Shown: in pieces, positions 15,515 to 33,133 of the stretch
Layout of the letters: every line of letters begins with the position of its first letter
How positions within the stretch are numbered: the stretch's first letter is position 1
Source: the human T2T-CHM13v2.0 reference genome, Homo sapiens
Assembly: GCF_009914755.1 (NCBI RefSeq)
Contig: NC_060936.1
Reading direction: 5' to 3' (one strand)
DNA length: 64,000 bases
Made by a program: the position numbers and the translations under genes
The notes under the pieces: model-generated
Database searches by the model: none
What the model saw: only the letters and a program-made list of their open reading frames with translations
What the model was told of the DNA's origin: nothing

Positions 15515-16439
15515 ACTGACCTAGGTAACATTCTCCCAGTTGGGTGGAGCTTCTCAGCCATTTCCGGTAGATGGCTGCATATTGCTTCAACATGAAACCC
15601 TATGATTTGGATAGAAAATGATGAGCGTCTAAGCTGTGTTTCCTCAAACCAGAACTAGCAGTCTAGGTAGAAAATGTCTTCCTTCTCTGTAGTTTGCTTG
15701 AGCAAAGTATAATTTTCAAAAATTTAAAAAGAATTCTCAGACACAGGATGGGCAAGTGTCAGTTTCTGAGCGGGCTTCAGGTAGCTCTGTCAGTGACAGC
15801 TTCTCATTGCCAAGGGCCCACACAGACTGCAGGGTACAGGAGCACAAGGGAAGCCTGTGTGTTGGCTCCTTAAAAAACAGGCTTCTGAAGGTGACAGATG
15901 GAAAGAAAGCATTATTTTTATAGGACCTACAAAATCCAAACGGTATAAAAGTTTGTTTGCCACATCTACCAGAGTCCTGGACTTAAGAATTCAACAAATA
16001 CTGTTTTCCTTGAGCCAGATGCACCTCAGGGCACTTAATTGTGACTTCCAGACACAGTAAGTCATGTTTCCTTCTGGCATTAGGGGAGACTAAATGCAGA
16101 CAGGAAAGGAATTCTGCTCCCTGTCCTCTGCAGTGAATTCTCCTGTGGGTGTTTGGGGTAGAGGAAGAGGGCGGGAATGATCTCCCTTCTGGGTTTGGTG
16201 TGGCAACTTATGAGCCAAAATGTGTACACAGCATAGGAGGGGTCTGGTCCCAGAATTGGAAGTACCTGTGGGTTTTCTGGTACCACAGTCTGTTTCCAAA
16301 ACGGGCCTTTGCCAAGTCTGTGCCAGAAGAGGGCTGCTCTTTGTAAGGCTCTGCCGTACTCCAGGAGCTGGGATTGACCTGGCCACAAATAAAACAATAA
16401 CGCAAGAAGCTGCTGTGATACTCTGGTCTTTGCAGCACA

Positions 16440-16730
16440 ACAGAGAGGTTAAGAATATGGTCTTTGGAGTTAGACAACCCAAGTTCAAATTCCAGTGACT
16501 TTGTTAGGATCTGGAGCCAGAATGTCCAGATTAAAATCCCGGCTCTACTACTGATCAACCCTGTGATCTTGGGCAAGTTCCTTAACCTCTTTGTGCCTCT
16601 GTCCATATGTAAAATGAGGACAATCTGTGACTATCTCATTGGCCTGTTTGTGAGAATTAAATGAGTTACTTCAGTTAAGGCACTTAGATCATGCAGGGCA
16701 TGAAATAAGTGCTGGATAAATGTTTGGCTT
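16440..16730 (+). mobile_element. MIR SINE
   Basis: MIR core (gtgatcttgggcaagttccttaacctctttgtgcctc...tgtaaaatgagga...gagaattaaatgag). Confidence 0.8.
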
Positions 16731-17122
16731 CTCCTTTCTGCCAGCTTAATTTAAACACCTTGAGTAAGTGGCAGAAACCATGCACAGCAAGCTGAAGGAA
16801 AAACAAAACAGGTGGTGGTGGTGGTGTTTTTTATAAGAATATAGGGATGACTCATGGAAATCTAAGAAGAGGAATGCAGATGGGCCTCGGATGAAGAGAC
16901 AGGGACTGAGTTGCCATTAGAATGCTTTTCCCCAGATGCCTTGAATTCTCTAAAATGTTGTCTGAACCCATAAGTTTTTAATCTGTAATTGACTTATGTG
17001 TGTAATATGATCCAGTAAGATTTTTCTCCATTTAGATTGTCTGAGCATTACTTATTGGATATCTTATTCTCCCACTGAATTATAATACTACCCCTGTGTT
17101 ATGTTAAAAACATATGCATGTG

Positions 17123-17271
17123 GGCCAGGAATGGTAGCTCACACCTGTAATTCCAGCACTTTGGGAGGCCTGAGATGGCTGGATCACCTGAGGTCAGGAG
17201 TTCAAGACCAGCCTGGCCAATGTGGCAAAACCCCATCTCTACTAAAAATACAAAACAAAACAAAACAAAAC
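17123..17271 (+). mobile_element. Alu left monomer only (AluS-type left arm)
   Basis: Ends at tactaaaaatac plus (AAAAC)n; flanked by direct repeat aacatatgcatgtg. Confidence 0.85.
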
Positions 17272-17402
17272 AACATATGCATGTGTACCTACACCTAGGT
17301 TTTTTATTTTATTTCATTGGTTGTCTATCCCTATCCTAATATCACATTGTCTTAATTATATGGCTTTATAATAATCTTGATATCGGGGTGGGGTCGGGGT
17401 GG

Positions 17403-17690
17403 GGGACAAGGTGGCTCACACCTGAAATCCCAGCACCCTGGGAGGCCAAGGTGGGAGAATTGCTTGAGGCCAGGAGTTTGAAACCAGCCTGGGCAACACA
17501 GTGAGATCCCATCTCTAAAAAATCTTTTTTTGAAAAATTAGCCAAGTGTGGTGGCACATGTCTATAGTCCTAGCTACTTGGGAGGCTGAGGTGGAAAGAT
17601 CTCTTAAACCCAGGAGTTCAAGGTTGCCGTGAGCTATAATCACACTGCTGCACTCCAGCCTTGGTGACAGAGTGAGACTCTGTTTCTAAT
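17403..17690 (+). mobile_element. AluJ-like followed by (ATC)n
   Basis: Alu consensus; inserted in an old minus-strand L1 remnant (~17000-17800). Confidence 0.9.
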
Positions 17691-17912
17691 CATCATCATC
17701 ATCGTCATCATCTTGATATCTGGAAGTACAGATTTCCCTAGTTGTTCTTTTTTCAGAAATATCTTAGCTATTATCGGATCCTTATTCTTTGGGATAGTTT
17801 AAAATAAGGCTGTAAACTCTGACATTTCCCATTGAGAGATAGGGTCTCTGTCCCTTCCCCTTGTTATGTAGCATTACTTCAACTGTATTGGCTGAAGTAG
17901 TCACAAGCCCAT

Positions 17913-18312
17913 TGTTATGAACAGAATTGTTCCCCTCCGCCTTTCATATATTGAAGCCCTAGTCCTCAGTGTGACTGTATTTGGAGATACAGCCTTTAAG
18001 GAGATAATTAAGGTTAAATGAGGTCATCAGGGTGGAACCTTAATCTGATAGGACTGGTGTCCTTATAAGAGAAAGAGACATTACAGATTCTCTCTCTCTC
18101 TCCTACATGCACGGAGAGTAAAGTCCATGTGAGGACACAGCAGGAAGGTAGCTGTCTGCAAGCCAGGAGGGGAGAAGCCTCATCAGAAACCAAGTGTGCT
18201 GGAACCTTGATCTTAGACTTTCAAATTCTGGAACTATGAGAAAACAAATTTCTGTTGTTTAAACCACTCAATCCATGGTATTCTGTTATGGCAGTCCAAG
18301 CTGACTAATGTA
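17913..18312 (+). mobile_element. MaLR LTR (MLT1B-like)
   Basis: tgttatg..gaattgt...gtgactgtatttggagat..gcctttaaggag.taattaaggttaaatgaggtc...gctgactaat. Confidence 0.8.
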
Positions 18313-18499
18313 CCCACCCATGCAGTGTGTGATCCTGGACTAAAAAGAGGACATTAGTGGGACAATTGGTAAAATTGAACAAAGTCTGTACATTAATTTA
18401 ATAAGACTGTATCAATATTAATTTCCTAGTTTTAATCATTGTACTATGAGTCTGTAAAATGTTGATATTTGGAGAAATATGAGAACTTTAGAACTCTGA

Positions 18500-19830
<1,331 letters not shown>

Positions 19831-19840
19831 TAGTTCTTAT

Positions 19841-20740
19841 GTTATTATATTATATATATATAATATATTATATATAATATATATTATATATTATATAATA
19901 TATTATATATATAATATATATAATATATATTATATATAATATATATAATATATATTATATATAATATATTATTATATTATATATATAATATATATATATA
20001 ATAATATAATATATATATATAATATATTATATATTATAAAATATAATATATTATATATTTTAAAATATAATATATTATATATTTTATGATATAATATATT
20101 ATATATTTTAAAATATATAATATATTATATATTATAAAATATATAATATATTATATCATAAAATATATAATATATTATATTATATCATAAAATATATAAT
20201 ATATTATATCATAAAATATATAATATATTATATCAAAATATATAATATATTATATTATATCAAAATATATAATATATTATATCATAAAATATATAATATA
20301 TTATATTATATCAAAATATATAATATATTATATCATAAAATATATAATATATTATATTATATTATATCATAAAATATATAATATATTATTATATTATATT
20401 ATATCATAAAATATATAATATATTATTATATTATATTATAAAATATATATTATTATATTATATTATAAAATATATATTATTATATTATATTATAAAATAT
20501 ATAATATATTGTTATATTATATTATAAAATAATAATATATCATTATATTATAAAATATATAATATATTATATTATATTATAAAATATATAATATAATATA
20601 TTATAAAATATATAATATATTATATTATATTATAAAATATATAATATATTAAATATAATATATATTAATATATTACAATAATATAATATAATATTATAAT
20701 ATTATATTATATATATTATCTTATATTATGTAGTTATTAT
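19841..20740. repeat. ~900-bp AT-only minisatellite / low-complexity tract
   Basis: Almost pure A/T; units such as ATCATAAAATATATAATATATTAT repeated with variation. Confidence 0.97.
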
Positions 20741-21531
20741 ATTAGGTCCAATGTATGTGTGGTTTCTGATGACTCTTACTCATGGTGTTGTGTTTATTTT
20801 GGGTTTGATGAACCTTATTGTGAGTTAATACTTGAGAGCATGCATTGAGGATCTCCCTCAGAGAGGATCTGCAATGTTCTACTTGGGATCCAGGGGAGTT
20901 ACTTGACCCGATACCGTTCATGTTCCCTTTCAGGGTCTCAGTTTGGCCTGAGAGTCTCAGCTCACTGCCCCTACCTTGCTGCTATTCCACGGCTACTCCC
21001 TTGCAGTGCTGATAGTGGCAGGTGCTTTCAGGGTATCTAGCTTTCCTTCTGTAGCAGCCAATCTTATTTGGTGTCTCTCATATCTGTCATACCCTATAAA
21101 CCCAAGAGGTCTATTTTTTATGCAGGATCTAATTGTTTTGTAGAGGGAAGTTCCCTTAGAAAATTGTACTTCTTCATTTTGATTCAAGGGACTTTTCACT
21201 ATCCAACATTTTCTTGTATAATTAGTTGTTTATTGTTTTATAGTCAGTTTACCTTAGTGGAATGTATACTTCCAGAGGACAGGGACTTTGGTTTGCTGGT
21301 ATATCTCCAGTGACTGGAATATAATGCTTAGTACATAGTAGGGCCTGGAACTTAATAAATATTTCTTGAATATTAAAATGAATGAATCCCATCTATAAAT
21401 TCATGTGTATCAGGTGTTACATCAGGTTCTCTAGATACAAAGATGAACCTGAGAAAATGTCTTTCATAGAGGTACTTACTAGAATTAGTGTTGAAAGTAA
21501 TTAGATATGAAAGTAAATAAATTAAACAAAG

Positions 21532-21890
21532 TACTATGGTCTCAATGTCTTTGACTCCCCAAATTTACATGTTGAAACCTAGTCCCCAATTTGATAGTAT
21601 TAAGAGGGGGCCCCTTTGGAGGTAATTAACACATGAGATGAGGGTGGAGCCCTCACTAATGGAATTAATGTTCCTAAAAGAGTCCCGAGGGAGCCTATTC
21701 TCCCCTTCTACCATGTGAAGACACATAGAAGGCACCATCCATGAGGAATGACCCCTCACCATACACCAGATCTGCTCTACACCTCAGTCTTGAGCATCCC
21801 AGCCTCTAGAACTGTGAGCAATAAATTTCTGTTGTGTATCAGTGCCCCATCCAATGTATTTTGTTCTAGCATCTTGAAAAGACTAAGTAC
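21532..21890 (+). mobile_element. MaLR LTR (MLT1A/MSTD-like)
   Basis: tactatggtctcaatgtc...catgttgaaacctagtcccc...gagggtggagccctc...aataaatttctgttg...agactaag. Confidence 0.75.
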
Positions 21891-22139
21891 TGTAGTGCAC
21901 ACACAAACATACACATATGAATAAATAAGATAATATCAAGGCATATACAGCTATCTATATCCAGAGCCTATATGTCATGTTCAGTAGTTCTTACCTCATT
22001 ATGTAAGTTATTATAAGTCATATCTAGGGAAAGCAATATGATTGATTTTATTCTTTGGATACACTCTGGCAGAGAGTGGTGGGTGATCAGAGCAAACACG
22101 ACTGAAGGCAGGGAAAGAAGATAAGAGATTACTGCAGTT

Positions 22140-23060
<921 letters not shown>

Positions 23061-23063
23061 TAA

Positions 23064-23386
<323 letters not shown>

Positions 23387-23760
23387 TCTACTTAAATCTT
23401 TAAAAGTTTATTCATGTGACTGCTCTTTGAAGAAAGGTCAGCAGTAGTCCAGGAAAGAAGTGTATGAACTACTAGATTGGGCAAGATATGAAGAGGCCCG
23501 GGCTCAGGCACGGAGACTATCCAGGCTGACCTCTCCCCTTCCTGGACTTAAGTTCTTCTATAGGTTATTTGCCTCTGAATCCCTAATGCAACCTAGTGCC
23601 TGGTACACAAAGGAGATGAAGAGCACTTCAAAAAGTGCTTGAGTGCACAAATGGCTACCAGAGGATTCTGTTCTTAGATGGCATCAGCTGGTAAACTCAG
23701 TTACTTAAAGGATAATGTTAAGCTGTATGCTCAGTTGCAATGTGGGTCAGTTAAATTTAG

Positions 23761-24170
<410 letters not shown>

Positions 24171-24599
24171 TAATTCTGTGTATACAATCCAGTTCAAATC
24201 TTGTCACCACTACTAGAAATTAATTGCAAAGAAATATGTACTGTGTTTTTTTTGCCAGTAACATTATCATCACATACAAGAAGATAACGTATGTTTGAGA
24301 ATTTTTATTGCTAATAAGTATCAGGCTTTAGAGATGATTTCATTTAGAATTGCCAATGGAATATTCTATTTATGTAAAGAAAACTAGTCTCATTTAAAAA
24401 AAAAAATATTTCCAGGAAACAACTACTCCTCTAGAGAAGTAGGAGTATAAAATTCTAGTCAAGAATATGGCTTTGGAGACAAACATGGCTGAGTTTGAGT
24501 ACTAACACTGCCACTCTTGGGTAAGGAATTTCCTAAATTTTGATTTTTGGAAGATAATTCCTGTGTCCAGAGTTGTTGTGGAGACTGAAAAAGATAGTA

Positions 24600-25180
24600 C
24601 CATTTCTTTAGGCTTCTCAGCATCTAAACTCTTTCTGTGTTATAGAATTCCCCATTTATGGGTAATGGATGGGACAAAGATCCTTCTACTTTGTAGATGT
24701 TGAAAGTGCTTAATACTTATTTTCTTGGGTACTTTATTTTCCTTGCAATGAGGACAGATCCATGTAACCTTGGGCTTCATCATTCAGCTGTAATAAAACC
24801 AAATTATGATGCAGGAACTAATGGCATAGGAGGGAAGGATCTGGGAGCACTCTCTAAAGGCAGCAGGGGTGGTTGCAGCAGTGGCGACCAGTTGCGTTCT
24901 TGGTACAGAAGTAACATCAGTGTGGGCAGCATTAACTGCATTAAAACTGGTTCTTGGTGCAGAAGTGGCATCAGTGCAAGGTGTACCATCTAGTGCTTGG
25001 TGACAGTGATGGTAGTTTCCTCATTGGCCCAGTTCTGTGGCATTACTCCTGGAAATTCAGCCAAAAGCCTGTTTCTCCAGGCTGCCCAAGCAAGTCTACG
25101 AGCATTGATTAAGCTCTTCTACAGTGTAGTCAGCTGGAGTTAGCTTCGGTTGCTGGAACCAAGAACTCTGGTTGATTTGG
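24600..25180 (+). mobile_element. Old ERVL LTR (LTR40/LTR41-like)
   Basis: gcagcagtggc-rich middle, internal 27-bp direct repeat, 3' end gttgctggaaccaagaactctggttgat. Confidence 0.45.
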
Positions 25181-26206
25181 ATTTTACACCTGTGCTCCCA
25201 GCACAGTGACTAACAGAGAATACTCAGTAAGTGTGGCTATTAGTAGCAGTATTTATAACAACATATTCCTAACTTCACCTGTAAAATGTCAAATTTTATA
25301 ATAAATTTTAGTGAATTTGATCCAAATTTAAGAGCTATATTTAATCTTGTCTTTATTGGTTCATCTCTTTGAAATCTATTTATATTCTGAATTATACCTT
25401 AATTAATATAAGATTATTTCCTAGACTGTAACATTCTTGAAAGCAAAGATTGTCTTTTTCGCAAATGAATTATTTGCTGGCATAGAGCCTGACACAGGTG
25501 GACCCTTAGTAAATATTTGTGGAGGAAGTACATGGAGAGGTAATTGATGATATAGAAGTGCCATCTCAGGAGCGTGGCTGGCAGACCTCTTAGGCAGACC
25601 TCTAAGTTGGCATTATCTCAGTGAGGTAGTTTGGTCCAGGATTGGTTTTCAGATCTATAACCCTAGAAACTTAATATTACACTTTAGCCAAAGGTGATCA
25701 CATCACTCTCTTGGACATAGACTCAGACTAAGCAAACTCAGAAGAGACAGATGTATAAGATATAGTTATTGTTGCTAAGAAATATAACTTTGGGGTGTTC
25801 TGGAATGCTGCTCACTTACTCATTTAATAACTTGATTTTGATAAGTGTTTAATATGTGTCAGCTACTACTATGTAATTGTATAAACAGTGAACAAAACAG
25901 ATAAGATTGCTGCTGTCATGCAATTTGCACAGCTGTGTCAACAAAGAAATATTTAATTGTAGATAATGGTAACTGTCATAAAGAAAAATATAGCAGGATA
26001 AGGTGATGAAAATTGTTGGGAAGAAGTGTGTACTATTTTAAATTGGATAACCAGGGAATATGCCCCTCAGAAGGTTACATTTAAGCTGAAACCTGAATGA
26101 AGTGGAGGAGACTGTAGCAGGTAGGGAAAATATTACATGCAAAGGCTCTAAAGCGCAGAAATAATTTGGGGGTTGGGGAGGTGTTGAAGAATAAAAAGTA
26201 GGCCAG

Positions 26207-27657
<1,451 letters not shown>

Positions 27658-27832
27658 ACCAACAGGGCTAGAATATAGGGGGTAACGGGAATGTGATAGG
27701 TGGTGGCCACAGAGTGGTAGACAGGGCGCAGATCGTATACGACCTTGAAGCTTATGGTAAGGATTTGGATTTTCTTCCATTGAAGGATTTGGAATAGGGA
27801 AATCTGGTTAGCACATTGTCTTCTTTAGACCA

Positions 27833-28010
27833 CAGGTTTTCAACCCTGGCTGCATTTTAGAACCACTCAGGGAGCTTTTTAAAAATACCTATGCCACACC
27901 CCACCCTCAGAGATTCTGGCTCCGTTGGCCCTGGGAGAGGCTCCAGTGTTATTATTTTTTAAAAGCTCCCCAGGTAATTCTGATGGACAGCTCCAGCTGA
28001 GAATGAGATG
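27833..28010. mobile_element. MER5-like hAT-Charlie MITE
   Basis: ttttcaaccctggctgcattttagaa..agggagctttttaaaaatac...aaaagctccccaggtaattctgat..cag..gctgagaa. Confidence 0.75.
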
Positions 28011-28392
28011 TGCTTTAGGGTAGCAAACCTATGTGGAAAACCAGAGAGGATTGCTCAGAACAAAGGGAGAGAGTCACATATTTTCAATACTGAATTATTA
28101 CATTAAATTAAGCAGGCCTGATATATCTAGGATGGCGTGCTCTTCTGTGTTCAGTGCTGGAGAAATAGTCACAATTGCTAACCCCTGGATTTTCCCTTTC
28201 TGCGATAACTGTCATCCATCTGTTCTTTTCACACAAGGTACAAGACTGTGGATTCAGCTTTAATTTTAAAGACACCAACACAGTCATACAAATATAAATC
28301 TTTGGCCTTCAACTCTTTCGATAAATTCCAACCAGTGGTGACTGAAAGAGTCTTTTGTCCTACATTTCCCCAAAAAAGGGGAACAAAATTAA

Positions 28393-28695
<303 letters not shown>

Positions 28696-28974
28696 TAGCC
28701 TACTTAGCTCTCTTCTAAAATGACCAGATCTAATAATCTATATTATGTGAATCTATAATCAATATATGCATACAAGAACAAATTAAAAGACATGCAAATG
28801 CTTCAAAGAATCTCAGTTTCTTGAAACTTCAAACCCCATAGTGAGAAATGTAAGTATTAACATACCAAAACAGAACAAAACAAACATTTTCGTGAAACTA
28901 CAATTTTGGACTATTATGTGTATTATATTTGTAATCAGTTATCTTTTATATTTTTGGCTAAAGAAATGTGTCTA

Positions 28975-29146
<172 letters not shown>

Positions 29147-30191
29147 AATTCATCTGAATCTTAGATTTTGATCAACACACTAACATTCTTGACTGAAATA
29201 TAATTTAAAATGTTAATGACGTTTAATTCAGTTGCAATGTAAACGTAAACATCTTGATTCGTAAGGTTTAATATTAAAAACTTCGTAGCTTTTTGAGGTG
29301 GAGAAGAAGATAATTATGTTTGCTTCTCCTTCCCTGTCAGTTTGGGGCCTGACTGGAAAGGAGATTCACTTGGGGAAAGTGCTGATCATGGTCTTGGGAC
29401 TGGAGGAGTGAGGGAGTACCCTTACACTCATATTGAAAAGAAACAAAAATGGCATGTTCAAAAGCATGAAAGCCCAATCACTCATTCACTCAACAAACAT
29501 ATTGAGTGCATTGTATGCCAGGTGCCCTTCTAGATGCTAGGGATATCGCAGCGAGCAATTCATACAAGCTCCCTATTTATGAAATTTCTTTATAGTGGGA
29601 GGTCGTGAACTGTCAGATAATAAACAAATGTCAGGTAGTAATAGGTGCTATTATTATAATAAAACATGATGTAATTGGAAAATGGGACAGGATAGAGGAT
29701 GTCACTTCTGTTCATTTGAACGGTCTGTTAGATATCAAATTTACTTTAGAAGAAAACTATTTGACCCACAGTGTTCCAAGTATTTTTTAATTGCCTATTT
29801 TTATTATTTGGGAGATTTCACATAACAATCTGGATTTTTGTCTTCTCTTGAAAAATCAGATGATTATGCCGAACAGGTATTTCTGCATGACAACAGTGTT
29901 CTTTCAATAGGACATGTCATCTCCTCTTCTTCATAATCCCTCCTTTCCTAACAGAACAGCTTCCCTCATTTACAAGATCTGCCTGGCTTCTGAATTCTGA
30001 AGAATTATCAACTTCTGGGCTAGTAAAAGAATAAGGGCCAAGATAGAGTGTGCAATAGGATTCAAGGCAGGCAGAAAGCCATGAGCCGAGGAGCCGAGGG
30101 GAGCAGGCATAGATACCTGTGTAGACGTCCAAGATCACGTTTTGCTTGGTACCAATATGGCAATATGGGCTTGTAATGGCATACAGAGTCC

Positions 30192-30482
30192 TTTTTATTT
30201 TGAGACAAGGTCTTGCTTTGTCACCCAGACTGGAGCGCATTGGCCAGAACACAGCTCACTGCAGCCACCACTTCTCGGGCTCCAGTGATTCTCCCGCCTG
30301 AGCCCCTCAGGTAACTGAGACTATGGGCACACACCATCATGCCTGGCTAATTTTTGTATTTTTTGTAGTGACAGGATTTTGCCATGCTGCCCAGGCTGAT
30401 CTCCAACCCCTGAGCTCAAGCAATCCACCCACTTGGCCTCCCAAAGTGTTGGATTACAGGCATAAGCCACCATGTCCAGCCC
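30192..30482 (-). mobile_element. AluJ-like
   Basis: Reverse Alu consensus. Confidence 0.9.
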
Positions 30483-31134
30483 AGAGTCTATTTTTTGAAA
30501 GTGTCCAGAGTGGACTAGAAACTTTAGTATGATGGAATAAAGCAATGAACCAGTGGTCAGGGTCTGAGGTAAATAGCTATATAGTTTTACATGGTCACAT
30601 GTTTTTACATGACTATATGTTTTTCTAAAATTTGCAAAAGTAGGATAATTTCAGATTTCTCATCTATTAGACATTCCCCAATGTCAGATGGCATTGAAAT
30701 GGCAGTGGGCATTTTAAGAATCCAGCTAAAGAAAGTTGAGTTGGGAATATGCCACATTTACTGCAATTTGGAAAACCATTTTGGAATGTTCCAGTACAAC
30801 TAGCTAGAAATTATCGACTGCTAGTTTGGAAACACGTGAAGGGTGCTTTCTTTTATTAACTTTAAATTTAGTTACTAAAGAATTGAGAAAAAATTCTGAT
30901 TAAAAACAGTAATGGAATATGAAACAAAAGACATACAGGAGAACAGTACAGTCAATGGAGATTATTCTGACATTGAGAGGCAAATGGCAGCAATTTTTTT
31001 TTCAGAGCATAACAAAAGCAGTAACTCAAAAAAAAGGAAGAGACAGGGTTATTGAATTGTTGGATACTCCAACCTGTGAAGAAGAGTTGATCACATGGAA
31101 AACAATGTAAATTTCTCACTGATTTGACATATGT

Positions 31135-31777
31135 GTGGTTACTATGTATTGCCTTTTTGACTGCTTTTTGAAAAATGGATGAAGGCCCTTTAAATAATTT
31201 TTGCTTGCCAGCTGGCTCTGAAGCTTTGAGAATAGAAGGCGCTGGAGAGACATTGCAGGAGGAAACGGGTTTGCTTCCTGGTTGCGATGGGCTTGGATAG
31301 GTTCCTGCAGCACACAAGATTTCAGCTTATGCCTTCTCCAGCATCAGACTCCTGCAGTGTATAAGGTTTCTCCAGCACGGGCTCCTGCAGTGCTTGCAGC
31401 TTCTCCAGGGCCCAGCCTCTGCAGCACGCAGCAGCCTGCAGCTTCCCCTGGCAGCCTCTTAGGCAGTTGTGTGAGAGACCTCTCCATCATTAGCTTTCAC
31501 CAGCACTCCACAGGGCAGTTTCCTGGCAAGTTCCACTGCTGAGCACCACACCAGCCTCTCTGCATATCTGCAAGTCAATGTCTGTTCTCAGTCCTGGTTG
31601 TGGAGGAGGAGGTCTTGGTGGCTCTATCTTAGCCTTGGGGATAGTAGCTGCTCCTATTATCTGTGATTTCTGTATTTTCTTGGTTTGTTCTCTTTACTTC
31701 TTTTTATTAAACTTTATCTATTATCTATCAAATTACTGTGTGATTTTTCTCTCCCATTTGCACGCAGACTGATACAG
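31135..31777 (+). mobile_element. Old ERVL-type LTR (LTR50-like)
   Basis: CTGCAG-rich internal repeats; 3' end ttaaacttt...aaattactgtgtgatttttctctcc...gactgataca. Confidence 0.4.
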
Positions 31778-32292
31778 CATGAAATTCCAATATCTATGAA
31801 TATAACACAAATTTACTATATATAAATACGAGAATATTGATGACAAACTGGTTAATGGCTGTCATTAACTTAAAGAGTATTTACAATTAGCCAAAAAACA
31901 TACAAATGCCTCAAGAAGTTTACAGCTCGTACATGAAAGAAACTTGATAGAGGTTTTTCCAAATTTGACCATTTTTAGGATTTGACAATCCTAAAAATTT
32001 ATAAAGCCTTACAAATAAGAATTATAAAACTAAAATAAATTTTTCTAAACTATAATAAAAAACAAACTTTGATCCACTATGCTGGAGGAAAGACCAAATT
32101 GCCTTTCAATTCTCTTCAATTAGGAAATATTATGAAATTATCACATGAAGATGTGATTGAAGAGTATGCAGTCAAAAAAGGCAGGAAAGAATAATAGAGG
32201 TGTGTCAAGCAATAGATTAATAATAGTGTTATGATATTTTCTAGACTTTGTAATGTTTATGGTGTTTGTCAGCTTTTTAAAATGTGTAATGT

Positions 32293-33133
32293 GGCTAGGT
32301 GTGTTACAGGAAAGCAGTCCCGATCCAGACCCCAAGAGAAGGTTCTTGGATCTCACACAAGAAAGGATTCAGGGCAAGTCCACAGTGCAAAGCAAAAACA
32401 AGTTTATTGAGAGAGTAAAGTGGTCAAAGTACAGCTACTCCATAGACAGAGTAGGGCCTTCCCGAAAGTAAGAGGAGGAACGCATCCACCCTTTGTACAA
32501 TACTTGTTTATATATGGGATAAAAAAAGGTCATGGGGAGATGTGCTGTGCTACAAGGGTTTATGATAAAGGGTTAATTTTCTTAATTACTGTATTTTGCA
32601 AGAATCTATATCATTATCTTTAAATCAAAATTAGGAATGCATCTCTTCTCAAGCTATCAGGATATCTATCGGGTCCCTCCCAAGTCTGTTTAGTAAACAT
32701 TATCAAGCTGTTCCTTAATTTAACATCTAGAGGCCAGGAATACCCAACTTTCTGGGAATGCAGCCCAGCAAGTCCTAGCTTCATTTTCCTAGCCCTCACT
32801 CAAGATGGAGTCGCTCTGGTTTGAACACCTCTGACAGGTGTGGTGGCTCACATCTGTAATCCCAGTACTTTGGGAGGCTGAGGTGGGAAGATCACTTGAA
32901 TCTAGGCTGGGCAACATAGCAAGACCCCAGTCTCTACAAAAGAAAAATTAAAAAAATTAATTTGGCGTGATGACACGCACCTGTAGTATCAGCTACTCAG
33001 GAGGCTGAGGTGGTAGAATCACTTGAGCCTGGGAATTTGAGACTGCTACAGTGAGCCAGGATTATGCCACTGCACTCCAGCCTAGGTTACAGAGCAAGCC
33101 GTATCTCAAAAATAAATAAGTAAATAAATAATA
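32293..33133 (+). mobile_element. AluJ-like split by MER41 (32293-32301 plus 32837-33133)
   Basis: ggctaggtg | LTR | ggtgtggtggctcacatctgtaatccc...(TAAA)n. Confidence 0.88.
32302..32836 (-). mobile_element. MER41-family (C/D-like) ERV1 solo LTR inserted into the 5' end of an Alu
   Basis: Minus strand reads TGTCAGAGGTGTTCAAACCAGAGCGACTCCATCTTGAGTGAGGGCTAGG...CCTGTAACA; TG..CA ends; 4-bp TSD GGTG (32298-32301 / 32837-32840). Confidence 0.88.

Noticed and set aside
16080-16606. Cluster of overlapping 90-130 aa ORFs on both strands
   Set aside because: Partly MIR-derived, mostly non-ATG starts, no recognisable protein similarity.
24885-24980. 27-bp direct repeat gttcttggt(a/g)cagaagt..catcagtg
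   Set aside because: Lies within an old ERVL LTR where internal tandem repeats are expected.
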